Below, piece by piece: positions 46,335-56,779 of a stretch of DNA of 64,000 nucleotides (position 1 is its first letter; each line of letters begins with the position of its first letter). The translations under genes were made by a program, and so were the position numbers. Below the pieces are notes generated by a model. That model saw only the letters and a program-made list of their open reading frames with translations. It made no database searches and was not told the DNA's origin. Source of the DNA: Clostridia bacterium (lineage in GTDB: Bacteria; Bacillota; Clostridia; CAKSNL01; HGM11501); contig JAZQAZ010000015.1 of the NCBI GenBank assembly GCA_045545475.1, positions 1 to 64,000 on the forward strand, in the 5' to 3' direction.

Positions 46335-48980
46335 TTATAAAATTTCCGCAGCCTTTAATACTGCATCCACATTTATTTCTCCGCCGCTTATTGCAAATGT
46401 ATCTCCATTTACATAGGCTTTCCAACCGAACACCTCGGTTAAATAGCTTAAAGGAATGTATCTTAAGCCATCTACTACCTTAACGGGAGCAGAAAGTGCC
46501 ACTACCGCACCGTTCTTTCTTGCTTCCATACTTCCAACGATGGTGTATGACCAGATATGGTCAACAATTTCTATGCCCTTACGGTTATAATTTGAAACAT
46601 ACTGAGCATTATCCTCTGCATAATATTCCGTCTTTGTTTCGCCGTAGCCCATTATATCTTCCACAGCAAGTTCCGGAACGTAAAGTGTTCCGTTTTCCAT
46701 AAAGGCGGTGATTCTTGTATCGGCGTCATAAATATTCATTTTACCGCCCGATACCACCATTTTATTACTTCCAGCCTTAAATACCGCTGTATCATTAAGT
46801 GCCACCCTTGTATCATCATCAAGAGAAACCTGGGCAATTTCGGTGTAAAGATAGTTAAAGCGTCCATTGGGTGCAACGGATCCAAACTCGTAAAATCTTA
46901 ATACATCGCCGTTTTCTTCTGCATTGTCGGCAACCTTGAATTCAAGGTCAATTGCACCGGTTTCGCCTATCATCTCTCTTGTAAGAGCGAATATAACGCT
47001 CTTACCATTTATCTTTACTTCTGCATTTCCAACTGCGTTCCATGTGCCGTTATAGGAAGAAACATTACCGTCACCTGCAATAAGGTAGTCATAACCTTCC
47101 CATCCTGTCGCATAGTTACGGTCGGTATTTAAGTAAATGTGAAGCTTTGATGTATCCGTAACCTTCGCTTCTGCATCTACCTTTATGTAGAGCTTTGCGT
47201 CATCACGTGCCATTTTTGCACCGGTGATTACGTTTACATAGCTTGTTACATAGTGGAAGTTTTCGCCCGTCTTATAGTTGATGAGTCCGTATTCATCACG
47301 TTCTTCGCCGAAGTTATCGTTGATAAATTCCGGGCCAACGTTATCCCACTGGGAAAGGTCACCTGCGATATCTATGGTCTTATCCTCTGTTGCAAGAGGT
47401 GCAGGACGAACACCCTTATATTTTCTTACAAAGTCGCAAAGTAAATTATAATAGTCATCTCTTAAAGGACCTCTGGATGGCTCAAAGTCACGGCTTCCCT
47501 CATCGTCAAAGGAGTCAACAAAGGAGTTATCGTGGCCTGAATACTGAGCCTGTCTTCCCGCAGTCCACTCGTTCCAGCCGTCAACATAGATAAATGCAGG
47601 ATCTTCCCTTAGTGCCTGAATAGCCTCTTCCCTGAAGAAGTAACCCATATTCGTTGCGCCTTCTCTGTAGTCCTCGCCGAAGCCTTCTGTATAGCTTCTT
47701 CCCTTGGTGTAAGGATCGGAGAATACGCAGGTATGACTCCAGCCGTCAACATAGGATTCGTTTACTCCGGTACCCACAACCATAAATTCCGTTCTTCCGT
47801 CTTCTTCGGTGTTCCACTTGGTTAAGGGAGAAGCCTGGAGCCAGTGCCAATAGCGGTCGCCTCCCACATATTCAACGGGCTCACGGGAACCTGACATACG
47901 GAATGTGTAAAATTCAAAAATTTCTCTTATATATGCTGTTTCGTCAAGCTTTTTTGTATCAAGATTGGTAGACCACTTGGAGTTGTTACCAAACATAAGG
48001 GGCTTACCGTCCCACTCATACCAAAGATCTTTATATCTTTCGTTTTCAAAGAAATATGTATGGACATTTACAAGCTGAGTACGTCGCTGGGAATGGTCTA
48101 CATACCAGGAGTTAAGAGCATTAATCTTGGGAACACGGATTCCGTCCGCCTTTGCATCGGCATATGCCTCGCAGAGAAGATTAAGTGTCTGTCCGCCCGA
48201 AGCAGTACCGTTTGACCAGTCAAAGAAGATTACGTCAACGCCTGCATTTGCAAGCATAATGGCGTGGCGGCGGATTACCCAGTAGTCGGACATCATATAG
48301 TAGCCGAACAAGGGCTCGTTCCAGTAGTAGGCTGTTGCACCCTCCGGCCATGCCTCGTGATAGAAATCATCATATGCATCGGGGTGTGCAGCTATAATTT
48401 CCGAGGGAATTCTTGCTGTTGTTATGGGCTTTTCCTCCGATCCCCTGAGCCAGTACATCATACCGACCTGGCGCATTCCCTCTTTAACGGGTCCAACCTC
48501 TTCAAAGTCAGCCACCTTAACGCCTGCGGCACTTGTCGCAACCCAGGTGTCCGAATAGTTATCGATGAGGCAATCATCTGACGGAATGGTGTAGGGGCTT
48601 ACATACTTTTCCTTGGAAAATGTAACGGATTTAATTGCCGCTCTTCCGATATGCGCCGTTACATAAACGTCATGTACTCCTGAAATTTCTCTGATATTTG
48701 AGGAGTATTCCGTTATGCGATTGTCGCAGATTCTTAAAAATGTAATAATATGTCCTCCGTCTGCCTTATCTGCCGTAATTCTCAAGGTTGCTTCGCTGTA
48801 TGAATCAAGTGTAACCTTTACGGACTTTATGTCAGTAAGGTCAACCTTTTCAAAAACAACGCTTTCCCCCTCCTTGATGCTTTTTGAAACATCAAGAACT
48901 GTTTTTGTCCCTTCTGCAAATGACGGTATCATAGATAAAACCATCAGAAGCACAAGAAACAAAGCTGCAAGTTTTTTCAT
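46335..48980 (-). CDS. Secreted CBM6-like + GH99/GH71-like + divergent stalk-domain protein (paralog 2)
   Basis: SDTWVATS, YWNEPLFGYY, AGVDVIFFDWSNG, DGWNEWTAGRQ, FVDSFDDEGSRDFEP, YYNLLCDFVRKYKGVRP. Confidence 0.7.
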   Translation of the reverse strand: MKKLAALFLVLLMVLSMIPSFAEGTKTVLDVSKSIKEGESVVFEKVDLTDIKSVKVTLDSYSEATLRITADKADGGHIITFLRICDNRITEYSSNIREISGVHDVYVTAHIGRAAIKSVTFSKEKYVSPYTIPSDDCLIDNYSDTWVATSAAGVKVADFEEVGPVKEGMRQVGMMYWLRGSEEKPITTARIPSEIIAAHPDAYDDFYHEAWPEGATAYYWNEPLFGYYMMSDYWVIRRHAIMLANAGVDVIFFDWSNGTASGGQTLNLLCEAYADAKADGIRVPKINALNSWYVDHSQRRTQLVNVHTYFFENERYKDLWYEWDGKPLMFGNNSKWSTNLDTKKLDETAYIREIFEFYTFRMSGSREPVEYVGGDRYWHWLQASPLTKWNTEEDGRTEFMVVGTGVNESYVDGWSHTCVFSDPYTKGRSYTEGFGEDYREGATNMGYFFREEAIQALREDPAFIYVDGWNEWTAGRQAQYSGHDNSFVDSFDDEGSRDFEPSRGPLRDDYYNLLCDFVRKYKGVRPAPLATEDKTIDIAGDLSQWDNVGPEFINDNFGEERDEYGLINYKTGENFHYVTSYVNVITGAKMARDDAKLYIKVDAEAKVTDTSKLHIYLNTDRNYATGWEGYDYLIAGDGNVSSYNGTWNAVGNAEVKINGKSVIFALTREMIGETGAIDLEFKVADNAEENGDVLRFYEFGSVAPNGRFNYLYTEIAQVSLDDDTRVALNDTAVFKAGSNKMVVSGGKMNIYDADTRITAFMENGTLYVPELAVEDIMGYGETKTEYYAEDNAQYVSNYNRKGIEIVDHIWSYTIVGSMEARKNGAVVALSAPVKVVDGLRYIPLSYLTEVFGWKAYVNGDTFAISGGEINVDAVLKAAEIL

Positions 48981-49169
48981 ATTTTTTCTTCCTTTCTTTT
49001 ATGCGGATAAAATCCCCATAATTCTTAGTTTTATTTTACCACAAATCACTTTTTATTTCCTTAATTTTTTTTACCGATTATGTGCCTTATTTCTTCAATT
49101 TTTTGTCATTTATTAAAATTCGTCTCATACAGTATACAATACCTGAAACTATAATTCAAGCGATTAAAG

Positions 49170-49202
49170 AAAACAGGGCGTAGAAAATCTACGTCCTGTT
49201 TT
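49170..49202 (-). terminator. Terminator ending module 3
   Basis: AAAACAGGGCGTAGA-aaa-TCTACGTCCTGTTTT. Confidence 0.85.
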
Positions 49203-49214
49203 GGTTATTATGCC

Positions 49215-52200
49215 TTATTTGGTTATGGTTACCTGCCTTGTCTCTCCGTTCCACTCCACGTTATAGCCTAAGTGTTCGGAGATAAATCTTATGGGAATAA
49301 AGGTTCTTCCGTCCTTTATTCTGGGAGCCTGAGGAAGGGTGTAGCGCACTGTTCCGTACTTTCCGCCCGTTTCAACGAAAACAAGATTGTAGCGGTTCTG
49401 CAAGGTAATTGTTATGCCGTCCTTTTTAATTATGATGGTCTGATCTTCGTCAATCCATGTAATTTCAGCACCCATCATTTCAAGCAATCCACGAAGAGGA
49501 ATCAAGGTCGAGCCTCCTGCGATGTAGGGTGCAACATCCAGCGTTTTTTCTTCTGCTACGCCTTCTTTAACCGCACTTATCACGGGTGAATCAATTTTGA
49601 GAACGTACTTTTCGTTGTTTCCGCCGGTTCTCTTTTTCATTGTGGCAACGGTTTCATAAAATTTAAGTTCGCCCACAGATGCCTTGTCTGTATAGCCCTT
49701 TGTAATTCTGAATTCCACATACTGTGCCTTGACGGGTGTATCCAGAACAATTCTCTTAACATCGAGATTTTTTTCAAAGCTTAAATTTTCAAACATAACC
49801 TCATAGTTTTCACCGTCGAGTGAATAGTATACGCTAAACTCTTCCCATGTTCCGTGGAAATCCTTTGTCTGTCTGGGGAACACATCAATTGCAGCAATTT
49901 CCTGTACCCTTGCAAGGTTTATGTTAAGGGTATAAGGCGCTTTTTCATTACTTGCTGTCTGCCACCAGGTTTCCGGTCTTCCGTCAAGTACGTTTTTGAG
50001 CGGTCCGTTTACATAGGCAGGCTTGTTTGATGTTGCTATACCATCTTTTGTGTTAATTTCGGAAAGTCCCTTTTTATCGTAAAGAGCCTCATAACCTGAT
50101 GCCTTAACAGTATCAGATCCATCCTTTGCCTTAAAGAGCTTAAGCTCTGCACAGGTGCCGTAACCGTTACCGCCGTTTGTAATAACAAAACGGAATTTCT
50201 TTGCGGTAATGTTGCCAACATAGTGCTTTTCGCTTTTACTTGCCGGAATAAGGGTAGAAAATGCGGTATTCATTGTTCCCGATTCCAGGAAATACCACTC
50301 TCCGTCATCGGAATCTGATGCATAGGTTTCATAGCTTGTGCAAATGCCGCTCGTTCCGTCATGTCTTGCCTGATACATAAAGCCTGAGAAGGTTTCTTCC
50401 TTATCAAATATGATATCAATGTTATAAGGTGCACTGTCACGGCTAACGATATTGCTTCCCTCTGCCACATAGTTTGAGTGCCAGTAGCTGTTTTCTTTTC
50501 CGTCAATAACCTTATAGGGAGCATATCCCTCTCTTACACTGGAGGCTTCTGCCTTCCACCCGGAAGAAGAAAGGAAGTTATCAACTTCTTCTGTTTTTGC
50601 TTCGTCGTCTTTCTTTTCCTCGGTTTTCTGCACTACAACCTTACCGTCTGCATCCTTTACAGTTACATCGGAATCGCTTAAAGCCCCTTTTGCAAGAAGG
50701 TCTATTTCCGCAGCTGTTGCATAGCCGCCGTTTCCGTCTGTAACCTTTATCATAATACCCTTATAGCTTCCCCCGGGAATTGCAACATCACGATACTCTC
50801 TTGAAGAGATGATGCTTGTGGGAAATTCTGCCGTTACCATATGCTTGAAATTATTGCCGTCTTCCGTTACATATATTTCTATAACTTTTGCAATACCTGC
50901 ATCGGAGGCATCTTTTCCGTTTATTTGTCTTGGAGTATAACGGATACCGCCAAAGGTAATGGGTGCATCAAAAACTGCGGTTATCGAATGAGGGGGATCG
51001 TGTTTTGTGCTTGCTCCCGATTCATCGGAGAAATTGGAGTGCCAGTAGGTGTTTTCCTTTCCGTCAAACGCCTTATCCGCTTCATACCACTTCTGAACGC
51101 AGCTTGCAGATACTGTCCACTTTTTCTTATCTGCAGAAATAATGCTGTTTCCTTCGGAAACTTCTCCTCCGACTGTTTCTGTCTTGAGAGAATAGGTATC
51201 AGTTCTTCCGTCGCCCTTTACGGTACCTACATTTGCGGTGTTTTTCGCTCCACTTTCAATAAATGTAATTTCTGCCGCACTTCCGTGTCCCGATACACCT
51301 GAAACCTTAAAACGGATTGCCTTGAATTTTCCGGCTGCATAAAGTGCCGCTGTCGCAGTTTCTCTCTGCTGAGCAACCGCTACGGTATCATAAACGAGCT
51401 TTGTATTATATGTAAACTTTACTCCGTCCTCGGAGGTATAAACCTCAACTATCTGCCAGATACCTGCTTCGGAGGTATCCTTTTCAGTTTTCTGTCTCGG
51501 AACATATGTTACACCTGAAATTTCACGTATCTCGGGGAATATCACGGTAATCATATGGGGATTTTCGTGCTTTGTTGATACCCCGTCCTTTGAATATTCC
51601 GAGTGCCAGTAGGTTTTTTCGTTTCCGTCAAACGCTTTTATAATTTCGTTACCCTTCTGGAAACAGCTTACATAAACCGTTCCGACACTTGTTTCAGTTC
51701 CGGCTTCTGTAATTACAGTCTTTGCCGGCTCTTTAGCTTCGGTTTCTTTCTTGCTTTCATCCTTTTCTGTCGCACCGTCGCCCTTTACGGTTCCTACATT
51801 TGCGGTGTTTTTCGCTCCGCTTTTTATGAATTTGATTTCTGCCGCACTTCCGTGTCCCGATACTCCCGACACTTTAAAACGGATTGCCTTGAAACTTCCG
51901 CCTGCATAAAGCGCCGCCGTTGCAGTTTCTCTCTGCTGAGCCACCGCTACGGTATCATAAACAAGCTTGGTGTTGTATGTGTAATTAACTCCGTCCTCGG
52001 AGGTATATACCTCAACTATCTGCCAGATACCTGCTTCGGATGAGTCCTTTTCCGTTTTCTGTCTCGGAACATATGTTACGCCGGAAATATCCCTTTTATC
52101 GGGAAACTCAACAGTTATTGTGTGGGGAGGATTGTGCTTTGTCGATGCACCGTCCTTTGAATATTCCGAATGCCAGTAAGTGGATTCGTTTCCGTCAAAT

Positions 52201-52352
52201 GCCTTTTCGATTCCATACCACTGCTGATTACAGCTTGCCGTAATCGTCCAGGATGAAGAATCCTCATAATATTCTTCTGCACTTACTCCAATAGCCGATA
52301 CGAGAGAAAGCATAAGTGCAAAAACAAGTATTAAAGATAATGTTTTTTTCAT
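49215..52352 (-). CDS. Secreted protein: 5 discoidin (CBM32-like) domains + C-terminal stalk domain
   Basis: Signal peptide; WHSEY x2, WHSNF, WHSNY, WQTA units; TLIPLRGLLEMMGA..RTFIPIRFISEHLGY tail. Confidence 0.85.
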   Translation of the reverse strand: MKKTLSLILVFALMLSLVSAIGVSAEEYYEDSSSWTITASCNQQWYGIEKAFDGNESTYWHSEYSKDGASTKHNPPHTITVEFPDKRDISGVTYVPRQKTEKDSSEAGIWQIVEVYTSEDGVNYTYNTKLVYDTVAVAQQRETATAALYAGGSFKAIRFKVSGVSGHGSAAEIKFIKSGAKNTANVGTVKGDGATEKDESKKETEAKEPAKTVITEAGTETSVGTVYVSCFQKGNEIIKAFDGNEKTYWHSEYSKDGVSTKHENPHMITVIFPEIREISGVTYVPRQKTEKDTSEAGIWQIVEVYTSEDGVKFTYNTKLVYDTVAVAQQRETATAALYAAGKFKAIRFKVSGVSGHGSAAEITFIESGAKNTANVGTVKGDGRTDTYSLKTETVGGEVSEGNSIISADKKKWTVSASCVQKWYEADKAFDGKENTYWHSNFSDESGASTKHDPPHSITAVFDAPITFGGIRYTPRQINGKDASDAGIAKVIEIYVTEDGNNFKHMVTAEFPTSIISSREYRDVAIPGGSYKGIMIKVTDGNGGYATAAEIDLLAKGALSDSDVTVKDADGKVVVQKTEEKKDDEAKTEEVDNFLSSSGWKAEASSVREGYAPYKVIDGKENSYWHSNYVAEGSNIVSRDSAPYNIDIIFDKEETFSGFMYQARHDGTSGICTSYETYASDSDDGEWYFLESGTMNTAFSTLIPASKSEKHYVGNITAKKFRFVITNGGNGYGTCAELKLFKAKDGSDTVKASGYEALYDKKGLSEINTKDGIATSNKPAYVNGPLKNVLDGRPETWWQTASNEKAPYTLNINLARVQEIAAIDVFPRQTKDFHGTWEEFSVYYSLDGENYEVMFENLSFEKNLDVKRIVLDTPVKAQYVEFRITKGYTDKASVGELKFYETVATMKKRTGGNNEKYVLKIDSPVISAVKEGVAEEKTLDVAPYIAGGSTLIPLRGLLEMMGAEITWIDEDQTIIIKKDGITITLQNRYNLVFVETGGKYGTVRYTLPQAPRIKDGRTFIPIRFISEHLGYNVEWNGETRQVTITK
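51208..52202. repeat. Intragenic direct repeat, two copies of about 430 bp (51208-51635 and 51775-52202), period 567 bp
   Basis: Near-identical DNA, e.g. CCGTCGCCCTTTACGG.CCTACATTTGCGGTGTTTTTCGCTCC and CTCAACTATCTGCCAGATACCTGCTTCGGA in both copies. Confidence 0.92.
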
Positions 52353-52367
52353 ATTCTTTCCCTCCTA

Positions 52368-55130
52368 TCAGAGATTTTCCGCAGCTTTTAGTGCCGCAGA
52401 TTCATTTATTCCGTAACGACCTATTGCAAATATGCCTCCGCCTAAATCCTTAACCTCTAAATCGAATGCTTCTGCAAAATAGGTTATGGGCATATAGGGA
52501 ATTCCGTCCACCAGCTTCAATGGGTTGGAAAGTGTTCTTATCTTTCCGTTCACCCTCACTTCATAGGTTCCGATGAAGGAATATGTCCAGCGGTTATCAA
52601 CTATTTCATAGTTTTCAAGCTTGTGGCTTTTTACATATACAAGATTTTCATCGCTATAGAATTCGATTTTTGTTTCACCATAGCCGAGGATATCCTCTGC
52701 CGCCTTAACAGGAACATAAACTGTTCCGTTTTCAGCAAATGTTCCGTATCTTGTATCGGCTTCAAATGCAAACATCTTTCCGCCTTCAACATTTATATAC
52801 TTGCTTCCTGCCTTTACTACTGAAGTTTCAAAAAGAAGGCTTCTTGTATGTGCATCAAGTGTTACCTGAGGAATTTCCGTGTATAAATAGTTCATTCTTC
52901 CAAGGGGTGCAACTGTTCCGTGTTCGTAAACATTCAGGAAGTTTTCTCTTTCCTTTGCCACGTCTGCAATTTTATATTCAAATTCAACAGCTCCGGTTTC
53001 GCCAACTATCCATCTGGGAACAGAAACCGTCATTGCATTTCCTTTTACAGCAACCGAAACGTCAGCCACCTTGCCGAAATTAAGTCCGTCTGTGCAGGAA
53101 GAAAGTGTTCCCTTACCGCCAAGGTTTACTGCAAAGTCATAGCCTTCCCATCCGGTTGCCCGGTTACGGTCAATGTCAATGTAGATATGCATAAAGCCAT
53201 CTGCCTCAACTATATCCTTTTGCGCTTTTACAAGGAAATAGATATTTGCATCGTCTCTTGAAACCTTGGATGATAAAATGCGGTTTACTTCCTTTGTAAC
53301 ATAGTGGTATTTTTCTCCTGTTAAGTGGTTTCTCATACCATAGATGTCTCTTTCATATCCTCCACCGATATTTAAATATTCGGGAGTTACGCTGTCCCAC
53401 TGTGAAAGGTCACCTGCTATATCAATAGCCTTTGCTTCGCCTGCAACACGGGCAGGGCGAACACCCTTATATTTTCTGACGAAGTCTATAAGGAGCATAT
53501 AATAATCGTCTCTGAGCTTTCCTTTTGAAGGCTCGATATCACGGCTGTTTTCATCGTCAAAGGTGTCAACAAAGGCATTTTCAAAGCCTGAATACATACT
53601 CTGTCGGGCGGCAATCCATTCGTTCCAGCCACCAACCATTACCATAGCAGGATCTAAATCAAGGACACGTGATTCCTGCTCACGGAAGAAATATCCCTCG
53701 TTCATTGCGCCTTCGCGATAATCCTCACCAAAGGCTTCGGTGTAGCTTCTTCCTCTTGTGTATGGGTCTGAAAATACGCCTGTCTTTTCATATTCGAAAA
53801 CATAGGACTGATTTATCGCAACACCGAGGCTTATACACTCAGGTCTTCCGTCTTCTTCCAAATCCCAGGCTGTCTGAGGATATTTCTGAAGCCATACCCA
53901 GCTGTTTGCACCGTCTGTATATTCTCCGGCACTTCTGTTTCCCATATCCCTTACAGTGCAGTTATCAAAAATTTCATTTAAAAGTCTGTCGCTTTCCGCG
54001 TCACCTGAACCGAAGGACTTATTGGATAAATACTCTCTTGTGGTTCCGCCGAATAAAAGGGGCTTGTCATCCCATGTAAACCAAAGGTCTTTATACTGTT
54101 CATTTTTAATAAAGTTTAAGTAAATTGCCTTTACCTGCTTTTCTCTTTCCTTATAATCGGATGCCCAGGAATCCATAGCACAGATTTTCGGAACATTTAC
54201 ACCTGCTGCCTTTGCATCGGAAAATGCCTGAAACATCAGAATTGTAGTATCAAGGAAAATGTTGCTTCCGTTGGTCCAGTCAAGGAAAACGGTATCAACG
54301 CCCGCCATTGCAAGCATTTCTGCGTGACGGCGGAATTTGAAGTAGTCATAGTTACTTGTATAACCGAATATAGGCTCTGCCCAGTGATATACCGCATTGG
54401 TATCCCATGCCTTATGGTTGTAATCATCCTTTGCATCGGGATTTTCCGCAATTATTTCAGAAGGAATTCTTGCATTTGAACCGCTAGAGGGCTTTGCGGT
54501 CGAAAGACTTCTTCCGCCTGACCAGTTCCAGTAGGTTATTCCGACTTTGTGAGTGCCGTTTTTTACATCTCCTACCTCGGCATAATCTGCAATTTTTCTT
54601 CCGAGAGCGTCAGTTGCCGCCAACGTGTCATACCATCCGTCAACAATGGCAGAATCGGGCACAATTGTATATGTATTTTCCACCGCCTTGTCGGAAAGTA
54701 TTATTTCCGATACTCTGAACTCGCTTCCCGTATCACCATAGGTTGATTTAAGATATAAATCGTGAACGCCTTCGGTTGCTTCTATATTTGTATAAAACAC
54801 CTTGTCATAGGATTCCTTGTCGCTTAAAACAATGTATCCTATGCACTTACCCTTTATGGGATCATCGATGCGAAGAGAAATTGCATCACCGTTTGAAGAT
54901 GTTGATGACATATAAAAATCCGCCTTGATTCCGACAGATTTTATACCGGTGAAATCTATCCCCTTATAGCCCGCATACTGATCCATACGGCTTAAATTTA
55001 CCTTTTCACCCGAAAGCGATGCTCCCGATAAATCAAAAGCCGTATTTGCCTTTATTGTTTCTTCTGCCTTAACTAAAATGCAGGATGAAATCATTACAAG
55101 GCAAAGTATTAAGCTAAGTAATTTTTTCAT
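52368..55130 (-). CDS. Secreted CBM6-like + GH99/GH71-like + divergent stalk-domain protein (paralog 3)
   Basis: GIDFTG..LRIDDP..GVHDLYL; HWAEPIFGY; AGVDTVFLDWTNG; GGWNEWIAARQ; FVDTFDDENSRDIEP; FVRKYKGVRP. Confidence 0.7.
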   Translation of the reverse strand: MKKLLSLILCLVMISSCILVKAEETIKANTAFDLSGASLSGEKVNLSRMDQYAGYKGIDFTGIKSVGIKADFYMSSTSSNGDAISLRIDDPIKGKCIGYIVLSDKESYDKVFYTNIEATEGVHDLYLKSTYGDTGSEFRVSEIILSDKAVENTYTIVPDSAIVDGWYDTLAATDALGRKIADYAEVGDVKNGTHKVGITYWNWSGGRSLSTAKPSSGSNARIPSEIIAENPDAKDDYNHKAWDTNAVYHWAEPIFGYTSNYDYFKFRRHAEMLAMAGVDTVFLDWTNGSNIFLDTTILMFQAFSDAKAAGVNVPKICAMDSWASDYKEREKQVKAIYLNFIKNEQYKDLWFTWDDKPLLFGGTTREYLSNKSFGSGDAESDRLLNEIFDNCTVRDMGNRSAGEYTDGANSWVWLQKYPQTAWDLEEDGRPECISLGVAINQSYVFEYEKTGVFSDPYTRGRSYTEAFGEDYREGAMNEGYFFREQESRVLDLDPAMVMVGGWNEWIAARQSMYSGFENAFVDTFDDENSRDIEPSKGKLRDDYYMLLIDFVRKYKGVRPARVAGEAKAIDIAGDLSQWDSVTPEYLNIGGGYERDIYGMRNHLTGEKYHYVTKEVNRILSSKVSRDDANIYFLVKAQKDIVEADGFMHIYIDIDRNRATGWEGYDFAVNLGGKGTLSSCTDGLNFGKVADVSVAVKGNAMTVSVPRWIVGETGAVEFEYKIADVAKERENFLNVYEHGTVAPLGRMNYLYTEIPQVTLDAHTRSLLFETSVVKAGSKYINVEGGKMFAFEADTRYGTFAENGTVYVPVKAAEDILGYGETKIEFYSDENLVYVKSHKLENYEIVDNRWTYSFIGTYEVRVNGKIRTLSNPLKLVDGIPYMPITYFAEAFDLEVKDLGGGIFAIGRYGINESAALKAAENL

Positions 55131-55146
55131 ATTTTGTCCCCCTTAA

Positions 55147-55947
55147 TTATTTCCCGATTTTTTCTTTTCTTTTCATAAATTCTTCTCTCAGGCTTTCAAC
55201 TACCGTGTCTTCTTTCAAAGCCAGAATGTCCTTTGCAAGTCTCTTTGCATATAATTCGATAAGCTTATCCCCTTTTTCCTTTGTAGCTTTGGAGGGGCTT
55301 CCCGTAACGTGTTCGGGATAGCTTGCATACCAGGAGAAAGGTGTTTTAACCCTTCCTAAATGCTTGACACGTTTAAGCGCCTCAATAGGCTCCGGAGCTT
55401 TGCAGTTTTCAAGCTTTACGCTGCCCGGTGCCGCAGACATTGCAAGGCTTGTTTCCCAGGCATCTGCGTGACCTCCGTCAGGCTTAACATATTTATATAC
55501 CTCATCAAGTTCACTTGAGCTTAATCCCACATCAAAGCTTACGGCATAGAGGGTATAAGGAACATCTCTGTCCATATTTGAGAAAAGGAAATAATTAAGC
55601 ATCGGCATATTTCCGCCGTGGCCGTTTACAAACATAATTTTTGTAAAGCCGTTTCGCCCTATTTCATCGCATAGATTGCGAAGAATGGTAAGTGTTAAAT
55701 CCGAATCAAAAACTATTGCTCCGGGAGAATGTGTTGCCTCGTGTCCCTGCCCGAACCAATAGCCGGGGAAAACCACACAAGGTTCAAGCTTTGCGGCTTC
55801 GACCGCTATTTTGTGAGCCGCCAGAACGTCTGTCCCAAGGGGGCCGTGGTCTCCGTGACGTTCCAGTATTCCTATGGGTATCAGGCAAATTTTTTCTTTT
55901 TTCGCCATTTCCTCAAGTTCTTTAGATGTTAAAAGTTCCCATTGCAT
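55147..55947 (-). CDS. Creatininase-family amidohydrolase (copy 1)
   Basis: PIGILERHGDHGPLGTD, NGHGGN, GGHADAWETS. Confidence 0.88.
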   Translation of the reverse strand: MQWELLTSKELEEMAKKEKICLIPIGILERHGDHGPLGTDVLAAHKIAVEAAKLEPCVVFPGYWFGQGHEATHSPGAIVFDSDLTLTILRNLCDEIGRNGFTKIMFVNGHGGNMPMLNYFLFSNMDRDVPYTLYAVSFDVGLSSSELDEVYKYVKPDGGHADAWETSLAMSAAPGSVKLENCKAPEPIEALKRVKHLGRVKTPFSWYASYPEHVTGSPSKATKEKGDKLIELYAKRLAKDILALKEDTVVESLREEFMKRKEKIGK

Positions 55948-55963
55948 ACTGCCGCCTCCTTAA

Positions 55964-56767
55964 TTATTTCCCGATTTTTTCCGACCTTTCCATAAATTCT
56001 TCTTTAAGGCTTTCCACAACAGTATCTTCCTTAACAGCCTTTATATCTCTTGCAAGAACCTTTGCATAAAGCTCTATAAGCTTGTCGCCCGCTTCTTTAT
56101 TCGCCATGGAAGGATTACCCGTAACGTGTTCGGGGAAGCTTGCATACCATGAAAAGGGTGTAAAAACTCTTCCCAAATGATTTACCCTTCCCATAGCCTT
56201 TATGGGTTCAGGAAATCTTTGATATTCCATCTTCACGCTTTCGGGCGCAACAGACATAACAAGGCTTGTCTCCCATTTATCTGCGTGTCCGCCCGAATCT
56301 GCCGCCATGTAGCTATCCGCCTCTTCCCTTTCAGAAGGTGTAAGACCTGAATCGTACATTACGGAATAAAGTGTGTAAGGAACATTTTTATCCATTGTTG
56401 AAAAAAGGAAATAGGAAAGCAACGAACCGTTTCCGCCGTGGCCGTTTACAAACATAATTTTTGTAAAACCGTTTCTTGCAATTTCGTCGCAGAGATTTTT
56501 AAGAAGGGTTAATGTGAAATCCGATTCAAAGCTTACCGCACCAACTGAAAACTTTGCTTCGTGAACCTGACCGAACCAGTAAACGGGGAAAACCGCACAA
56601 GGCTCGATTTTTGCAGCTTCAACCGCAATTTTATGTGCAACAAGTCCGTCTGTTCCGAGGGGCAGATGCTCTCCGTGACGCTCAAGTACACCGATCGGAA
56701 CAATACAAAGCTTTTCTTCCTTTGCCATTTTTTCAAGATCTACAGGTGTTGATAATTCCCACTGCAT
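55964..56767 (-). CDS. Creatininase-family amidohydrolase (copy 2)
   Basis: PIGVLERHGEHLPLGTD, NGHGGN, GGHADKWETS; tandem paralog of copy 1. Confidence 0.88.
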   Translation of the reverse strand: MQWELSTPVDLEKMAKEEKLCIVPIGVLERHGEHLPLGTDGLVAHKIAVEAAKIEPCAVFPVYWFGQVHEAKFSVGAVSFESDFTLTLLKNLCDEIARNGFTKIMFVNGHGGNGSLLSYFLFSTMDKNVPYTLYSVMYDSGLTPSEREEADSYMAADSGGHADKWETSLVMSVAPESVKMEYQRFPEPIKAMGRVNHLGRVFTPFSWYASFPEHVTGNPSMANKEAGDKLIELYAKVLARDIKAVKEDTVVESLKEEFMERSEKIGK

Positions 56768-56779
56768 AGTGCCGCCTCC

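Noticed and set aside
51208-52202. Diversity-generating retroelement TR/VR pair
   Set aside because: Both copies are in-frame domains of one gene, the mismatches are not confined to adenines, and there is no reverse transcriptase in the window.
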